NCBI GenBank assembly: GCA_028289525.1
Contig: JANQPJ010000087.1
Coordinates: forward strand, 1 to 48,460
Source of the DNA: Pirellulales bacterium
GTDB lineage: Bacteria; Planctomycetota; Planctomycetia; Pirellulales; JAGQOS01
Length of the DNA: 48,460 nt
Reading direction: 5' to 3'
In this document: positions 43,232 to 48,460 of the stretch, piece after piece
Numbering within the stretch: the first letter of the stretch is position 1
Layout of the letters: the number at the start of each line of letters is the position of its first letter
Made by a program: the position numbers and the translations under genes
Notes under the pieces: model-generated
What the model was told of the DNA's origin: nothing
The model's input: the letters and a program-made list of their open reading frames with translations, nothing else
Databases searched by the model: none

Positions 43232-44539
43232 TCAATCCGCCATGCGGTTGTCCTCGGAATGATTCCCCGCGCTGGTCCGATCTGGTCGCCTGCGTAGCCA
43301 ACGAACTCCAGGAGCAGCCAGACGCTTGAGTTGTTTAGCAACCGTTTGTGTGATTGTTCTCTCGGCCAAACGGTGCTCTAGATGACTGATTTGCTTTCTC
43401 TGGCATTCGATTTCGATTTGCGATTTGGCCAAGTCAATTTGTAAGGCCGCTAGGTCAGGGTTCGAAAAACAGGCATGCTCAGGATACAGTTGTTGCAAAT
43501 CGAATTGTGCTTCTGGCAAATGGTGGCCATGCTGCTCGTCTGGTAGGACACGCCGTGGGAAAGCAACCGGCTGGTTCTGAGCGCGCAGGTCGTGGCTGAT
43601 CCGAATCAAGGACTCGATCAATTCAACCATTCGATCCGTTGCCGGTGATTGACACTCCAAAGCGTCGTGAAGCAGAGTCTCTTGATAAAGCATGCGTGGT
43701 TCTGCAGGATCGAGCAACTCGCGCATCACAGTGTCAATGTGTTCTTGGGCTGTAATTCGCCAAGCAGCGGGAACGTAGTGGGGCCGATTGTGATAGTCCA
43801 GGAGAGCCACTGGAATGCCCAGTGACATACTTTCCAGCATCGCCGTGGAAGGGGTCGTGACCACGGCATCGGTTGTCAATAACACATCGGCTAAATCGGA
43901 ACCGGTGGTGTTTTTCAGTTCGTTGGCAACCCCAATCGCCTGACATAGATCGGCAGTCAACCGCCAACGGGGGACCACCGGCACACCGTTGATCGAAGCA
44001 TGCGACTCGAACCAGTGTTTCAAATCGTTTAGCGACTGTTCGACTTGTACGTGCTGCTCGGAGGTGAAGCTAGGAGTCTTGGCGGTCATGACCAAAATTT
44101 CAAGCGTCTGCCCCGATTGCCGATCCGGTTTTTGAAGATTGTGCAAACCATCAAGACGTGGAATTCCCACGGTTTCACACTTCCCAAGATTCCCCCACGA
44201 CTCCAAGATTCGAGTTTGCGAACGACCGATGGTTGCCACCTTGTGAGATAGCACGGGACGCATGACGCCCAGGCCACTTTGCGCTTCCCAGGAGTTACGC
44301 CATTCAAGAATCCCGTCGATGGCATAGAGCGTTGTGCAGTTGCGTTGTTTCAGCTCGGTACATGCCTGCCGAAAACGCGGAAAATACTCGTTGTAAAAGA
44401 TGCATACGTCGCCTGGTTGGGCTAGTTCGACGATCCGGTCGCTAGAGACGATTTTAAGATCGAGCGCCGCGGCAAATGGCTTGCCATGGTGTGCTACTTC
44501 TTTCTCGGTGCCAACATAGTAGACGTGATAGTCTCGCAT
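43232..44539 (-). CDS. hypothetical polysaccharide-biosynthesis protein (GT-B / TagF- or KpsS-like C-terminal half, coiled-coil tail)
   Basis: 435 aa. DVLLTTDAVVTTPSTAMLESMSLGIPVALLDY resembles the TagF/capsule-synthesis motif. C-terminal coiled coil QIDLAKSQIEIECQRKQISHLEHRL. Function not established. Confidence 0.4.
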   Translation of the reverse strand: MRDYHVYYVGTEKEVAHHGKPFAAALDLKIVSSDRIVELAQPGDVCIFYNEYFPRFRQACTELKQRNCTTLYAIDGILEWRNSWEAQSGLGVMRPVLSHKVATIGRSQTRILESWGNLGKCETVGIPRLDGLHNLQKPDRQSGQTLEILVMTAKTPSFTSEQHVQVEQSLNDLKHWFESHASINGVPVVPRWRLTADLCQAIGVANELKNTTGSDLADVLLTTDAVVTTPSTAMLESMSLGIPVALLDYHNRPHYVPAAWRITAQEHIDTVMRELLDPAEPRMLYQETLLHDALECQSPATDRMVELIESLIRISHDLRAQNQPVAFPRRVLPDEQHGHHLPEAQFDLQQLYPEHACFSNPDLAALQIDLAKSQIEIECQRKQISHLEHRLAERTITQTVAKQLKRLAAPGVRWLRRRPDRTSAGNHSEDNRMAD

Positions 44540-44654
44540 GGTTCAGGTTGAGTACCTTGTCATCCGCTTCTGGGGAGACACCAACATCATTCCCGCACTG
44601 GATGAAAAGTTGGAAAGAGATCGTGGACCTACGTCTCGTACGAAGCCAGTTTGC

Positions 44655-45503
44655 TTAACCAGGTTTTTTGCAGATTGCCAGAAAACACTCGGCCAGCTCC
44701 TGATTCTCTGCATTTGTCAGGCAGATGCCAGGCGGTTGGTCGTGATTGTATTCCCAACCACTACCAGAGTTTTGATTGAACAGCTCGATCTGCTCAAAGC
44801 GAGTTTTCAGCAAGGCTTCAAAGGAAGCTCGGTCGTACACGCGCACATGATGAGGAGAGGCTTCCAAGGCCCAATCGTTGGGCGTCGAAACGACCAATGT
44901 CCCACCAGGGCGAAGTAACCGGGCGAATTCGTCGAGCAGACGTTCATCGCACGGCACGTGCTCGATCGTTTCGAATGACACAATCACATCGAGCGATGCA
45001 TCGGGCAAACCGGTTGCGTCGCCGCTGGCGCAACGATAGCTCACATTTTCCGGCCGATGACGATCCTCGGCATAGCGAATCGTGTCGGGGTCGAGATCAA
45101 CGCCAATCACACTTTTGGCCTGACCATCGGTCAGCAACAGTTCCGTTCCATAGCCAGTGCCACAGGCAATATCGGCCACCTCTTGGCCAGCGGCATGAGG
45201 GAGGGCAAAACGATAGCGGGCCATGTGGAATTCACGCCGCTCTTCCGGAAAGATGTCCAGCGTGGCATCCATTCGCTCGGTTCGATTCCGGTATAGCCAC
45301 TGCAGGTGAGGGTCGCTTACAACCAAGTCGAGCAGCCGTTCCAACGAGGCAATCCGCCCTTCAAGGCCATGATAACGCTCGTTGCCTGGAAAGACCTCAC
45401 GGATATCCCGACCAACCAGCAATCGGAAAAGTCTTCGTAACGGTTTGACGATCAGATGACGACGCAGGCTAGCCATCGGTCGGGCGGCTTGAATTCCAGA
45501 CAT
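44655..45503 (-). CDS. class I SAM-dependent methyltransferase
   Basis: VADIACGTGYGTELL (motif I), VIGVDLD, DVIVSFETIEHV, LLRPGGTLVVSTPN. N-terminal helical segment of about 90 aa. Confidence 0.85.
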   Translation of the reverse strand: MSGIQAARPMASLRRHLIVKPLRRLFRLLVGRDIREVFPGNERYHGLEGRIASLERLLDLVVSDPHLQWLYRNRTERMDATLDIFPEERREFHMARYRFALPHAAGQEVADIACGTGYGTELLLTDGQAKSVIGVDLDPDTIRYAEDRHRPENVSYRCASGDATGLPDASLDVIVSFETIEHVPCDERLLDEFARLLRPGGTLVVSTPNDWALEASPHHVRVYDRASFEALLKTRFEQIELFNQNSGSGWEYNHDQPPGICLTNAENQELAECFLAICKKPG

Positions 45504-45560
45504 GTCGCGTGACGCTCGTATTGGAAAAAGGAAAGTATCGGAATCCGTCGGGCAATCGGC

Positions 45561-46874
45561 TCAGCTTGCCATGCGTTCAGTCTGTACATCCAGCGGACAT
45601 GAAGGCGAATCAATCACTGCCATGTGCTTTGCATCTGGCCATTCGTGATCGAGCCGAACGGTAAAAAATTCTTGCCAGGGATCCGGGATGGGACCGCTAA
45701 TATCAAACTTACAGGCCATCTCCAAGTTGTCGTAAAGTGTCTCTTGGGTTGCGTCATAGATCGAGAGCCGTATGAAATAAGCGCCAGCCAAGAAGGGGAT
45801 CTTAGGCAGCCTGATCGCAAACGAACCGGTTCCCTGGTGCAAAGGAACGCGCACCCCTTGGACTTGATTGGTAAACGATCCCAGCATCCCGGTGCGCACG
45901 GATCCAAGCCGTACGACAATCGTCGAATCGCTGACTGCTTGACGAGACTCATAGTCGACGTGAAGTACGACTGTATCGCCAGAAACAAACGTTTCGCACG
46001 GCTCGTCGAGTGGGTTACAGACACGAACCTGTTGAATTTTGACCTCTTCGGCTGTCGGGCATGCAGGCGACGGCTCTGGACGTGGTAGCGTCGGCAACAG
46101 GCTCGATTCATACTGAATAATCGCGCCGGCCAACTCGCCATCATAACTCACCTGGCCACCGTCGATGGTCAAGCCCCGCGTGCAAACCCGCGACAGATTG
46201 TTGACATCATGGCTGACAAGAATGCAGGCAATGCCCTTGGAAAGCAGTTCTTTGACGCGGTTAAAGCATTTTAAACGGAACGCAATGTCGCCGACTGCCA
46301 ACACTTCGTCGATCAGCAACACGTCGGTTTCCAAAACGCTGGCCACGGCAAAGCCCAAACGAACTCGCATTCCAGAACTATAAGTGCGAACGGGTGCGTC
46401 GAGCGCATCGTCGATTTCGGCAAAGTCGATGATTTCTTCCAGACGACGGTTCACCTCGTGTTTGGTGAAGCCGAGCACGGCGGCGTTGATGTAGATGTTT
46501 TCACGGCCGGTCAACAGGGGATGAAAGCCGACGCCCAGTTCGATGAGTGCGCCAACTCGTCCACGCATTCGGATGCGGCCCTGGTCTGGTTTGATCAGGC
46601 CGTTGAGCATTTTGAGCAGGGTGCTTTTGCCGGCACCGTTGGGACCGATCAGCCCCAGGCATTCTCCGCGACGAAGTTCGAACGAAGCATTTTCGATAGC
46701 CCAAAACTCTCCGCGGCGCAATTGGGTCATCTGGCGCGAATCGACACCGCACAATTCACGGCTGATATCCTGCACGCCGTACCACAGCGATCGTTTCAGA
46801 CCACGGCAGAATTTTTTGGAAATGCCTTCAACCTGGACAAGGATATCGCTCATAGATCTATCAGGGCTAGGCAC
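45561..46874 (-). CDS. polysaccharide ABC exporter ATP-binding protein (Wzt/KpsT/TagH type) with a C-terminal extension of about 185 aa
   Basis: GLIGPNGAGKSTLLK, YSSGMRVRLGFAVA, LLIDEVLAVGD, LVSHD. The extra beta-rich C-terminal domain spans 45561..46112. Confidence 0.85.
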   Translation of the reverse strand: MPSPDRSMSDILVQVEGISKKFCRGLKRSLWYGVQDISRELCGVDSRQMTQLRRGEFWAIENASFELRRGECLGLIGPNGAGKSTLLKMLNGLIKPDQGRIRMRGRVGALIELGVGFHPLLTGRENIYINAAVLGFTKHEVNRRLEEIIDFAEIDDALDAPVRTYSSGMRVRLGFAVASVLETDVLLIDEVLAVGDIAFRLKCFNRVKELLSKGIACILVSHDVNNLSRVCTRGLTIDGGQVSYDGELAGAIIQYESSLLPTLPRPEPSPACPTAEEVKIQQVRVCNPLDEPCETFVSGDTVVLHVDYESRQAVSDSTIVVRLGSVRTGMLGSFTNQVQGVRVPLHQGTGSFAIRLPKIPFLAGAYFIRLSIYDATQETLYDNLEMACKFDISGPIPDPWQEFFTVRLDHEWPDAKHMAVIDSPSCPLDVQTERMAS

Positions 46875-47733
46875 TCATGCGGGCAATCATGTGGGGCATC
46901 GAAATCCGGTACAACACCCAGCCGATGGCCAGGGCAAACAGCGTGGCTCCGAACACCCAGGCAAAACCGGTCAAACCGACCAAGTGACCGTTGGTCATCG
47001 CGTCTCGCGTCACATTGAGCACCGCGCTAACCGGATTTAGGCTCGCTAATAATGAAGCAGGCCAGGCAGTCGGAGGAGGATAAACCACGGGAGTCAGAAA
47101 AAACAAAATGCCCAACCCGGTGTTCAACGCCCGTTCTACGTCTTGATACAAGATGCCCAACGGAATTAATAACAGGCCAATGGCGAAACCGAGCCCCATC
47201 ACCGCCAGAAATCCGATTGGGGCCAGTATGATCGTGGCTGGAACAGGAACCTGATACCAGGTAAATACGACAGCTAACAGCACCAGACGGATGCTCGTGA
47301 CAAACAACACCTGCCCCATCGCAGCTAACAATAAAGCTTCGCGGGGAAAATTGATTTTGGTCAACAGTGAACTGGAGCTGGCCACCTGAGCCAACGGCAT
47401 CCGCAGCGCCGAGGCAAAAGCCTCCCACAGCAGCAGGCCGGTCAACACGAACACCGGATAGGGAACCCCGGTCGGCGAAAACTTCAACACGCCTGACGAG
47501 TTGAGAAATCCCCAAATCAATGTGGTCACCAACGGCGGGGCGATTGCCCATACGTAGCCAAGTAGCGACTGGCGATATTGAGCACTCGTATCTCGTACAA
47601 ACAGTCGCCAGCCTAACTCACGGGCCAACATGAGATCGGTGACCATTGCTCGCAGCAGTTGGCCAGGCTGTTTGAGCGGCGAGGCAGGCGTATATTCCCG
47701 TTCTGGCAATTCAGTTGCTTTGACCTGCGACAT
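46867..47733 (-). CDS. ABC-2 type polysaccharide exporter permease (Wzm/KpsM type)
   Basis: 288 aa. About 6 TM segments. Overlaps the ATPase gene by 8 nt. Confidence 0.8.
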   Translation of the reverse strand: MSQVKATELPEREYTPASPLKQPGQLLRAMVTDLMLARELGWRLFVRDTSAQYRQSLLGYVWAIAPPLVTTLIWGFLNSSGVLKFSPTGVPYPVFVLTGLLLWEAFASALRMPLAQVASSSSLLTKINFPREALLLAAMGQVLFVTSIRLVLLAVVFTWYQVPVPATIILAPIGFLAVMGLGFAIGLLLIPLGILYQDVERALNTGLGILFFLTPVVYPPPTAWPASLLASLNPVSAVLNVTRDAMTNGHLVGLTGFAWVFGATLFALAIGWVLYRISMPHMIARMSA

Positions 47734-48106
47734 GCGTTCCCTCGACCGTCGTGTCAGACGCCCATGGCGTGCTCGAATCGCCTCCCTTGGGCAGCGCGGA
47801 CGGAACTCCTATTCCGTGTGCTGCGCGCGGCGATTCGTTACAACTCGGTTCATGCTAAAGCAAGTTGCTTTTTACCGTAGCGGACGCGACTTAGTTTTTG
47901 CCGGGATTTTCCGACGAAACATCGATACGCATTTTGGTAATCTGCTCTAGAGAGCGATTTTGCAAGTAGCTTTGTGCTCTAAAACCGAAACGACAGAATA
48001 CTTCGGACCAAAGAGATCACCAATGCCAGTTTTCCTAGATCGCCTGGACCAACGTGGCATCAGGCATGTGGTAACCGAGCAAGTTCGTTTGTCTTATTTT
48101 CCGATT

Positions 48107-48460
48107 TTACCCAGCTTTGTGGTGACGAGAATCCAAATCGGATTGTCGTGATGTCGTTGGGCTGCGGAGTGCTTGGTTGGCGGCTGAGTTGCGGCGAGCC
48201 ATCAGCCGTTCGATCTTCTTCGCCGACGGCATCCAGTTGCGCCACAGATGCACGCTTGCCTTGACCGCTGGTCGCAGGCCATACGGGATATAGTCTTGCA
48301 TCGCCACATGGCCTACGTTCCAGGGGCGCACCGTTTCCTGCTGGCGCAAAACATGGCCCGACGCTCTCAAGGCAATCACTTCCTCGAACAGGGCCGCATA
48401 GCGGTCGCACATGTCGTCCAGCGTGTAGCCTTCGTGCAAAACCGTGTGATGAGCTTGGTG
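48107..48460 (-). CDS. partial CDS (C-terminal part; N-terminus outside the window), possibly a GT-B glycosyltransferase
   Basis: The frame is open to the window edge (HQAHHTVLHEGYTLDDMCDRYAALFEEVIAL resembles GT1/GT4 C-termini). The remaining 80-aa tail is unrecognised. Confidence 0.35.
   Translation of the reverse strand, partial: HQAHHTVLHEGYTLDDMCDRYAALFEEVIALRASGHVLRQQETVRPWNVGHVAMQDYIPYGLRPAVKASVHLWRNWMPSAKKIERLMARRNSAANQALRSPTTSRQSDLDSRHHKAG

Noticed and set aside
1-48460. Prophage, IS element, integron or defence island content.
   Set aside because: No integrase, transposase, recombinase, restriction or toxin-like ORF was recognised. Apart from the repeats, the gene content is filament machinery, envelope, housekeeping and glycan export.

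Overview
All calls below come from reading the sequence and the ORF translations by eye. No database or profile search was run.

The window is GC-rich and densely coding. It looks like a Planctomycetota (Pirellulales-like) chromosome segment. This is an inference from several traits: BBP7-like beta-barrel proteins, PQQ-propeller proteins, many prepilin-type proteins, leaders that mostly lack a Shine-Dalgarno sequence, and abundant short palindromic intergenic repeats.

The left 31 kb holds two complete but differently organised type-IV-filament machineries that diverge from a central island.
- Cluster A (514..11635, minus strand) has a T2SS-like order: receiver-only regulator, GspE-like ATPase, GspF-like platform, two tandem small pilins, four minor pseudopilins, a PilM-PilN fusion (GspL-like), a PilO/GspM-like protein, a secretin, a PilP-like lipoprotein, and a terminal secreted protein.
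- Cluster B (16404..31120, plus strand) has a T4aP-like order: three minor pilins plus a small membrane protein, PilM, PilN, PilO, PilP, a secretin and a TPR lipoprotein. These are followed by a histidine kinase, a receiver-only regulator, a STAS protein, a second ATPase and a second platform protein. Cluster B has no major pilin.
- Neither cluster encodes a prepilin peptidase in this window.
- The central island (11977..16281) encodes an extremely Cys-rich secreted protein, an OprP-like porin, ComEA and NadC.

The right part is mostly housekeeping: a BBP7-like beta-barrel protein, ArsC, RpsU, UbiB, a PQQ propeller protein, UvrB and a beta-CASP nuclease. It ends with an ABC-transporter-dependent glycan export cluster (GT2, unknown GT-B-like protein, methyltransferase, Wzt with a C-terminal extension, Wzm, partial GT).

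The most unusual signals:
1. A kinase / receiver / STAS module sits directly in front of the pilus ATPase of cluster B.
2. A conserved composite intergenic element (G-rich block, GCGC palindrome, A/C/T-rich SD-less tail) abuts the start codons of both ATPase genes and of the first pilin gene. It recurs after gspF-B, where no pilin gene follows.
3. A REP-like hairpin family has 10 half-units in the window, with compensatory stem changes.
4. A gene pair encodes a porin and a protein with about 27 cysteines.

No rRNA, tRNA, CRISPR array, transposase or integrase was seen.
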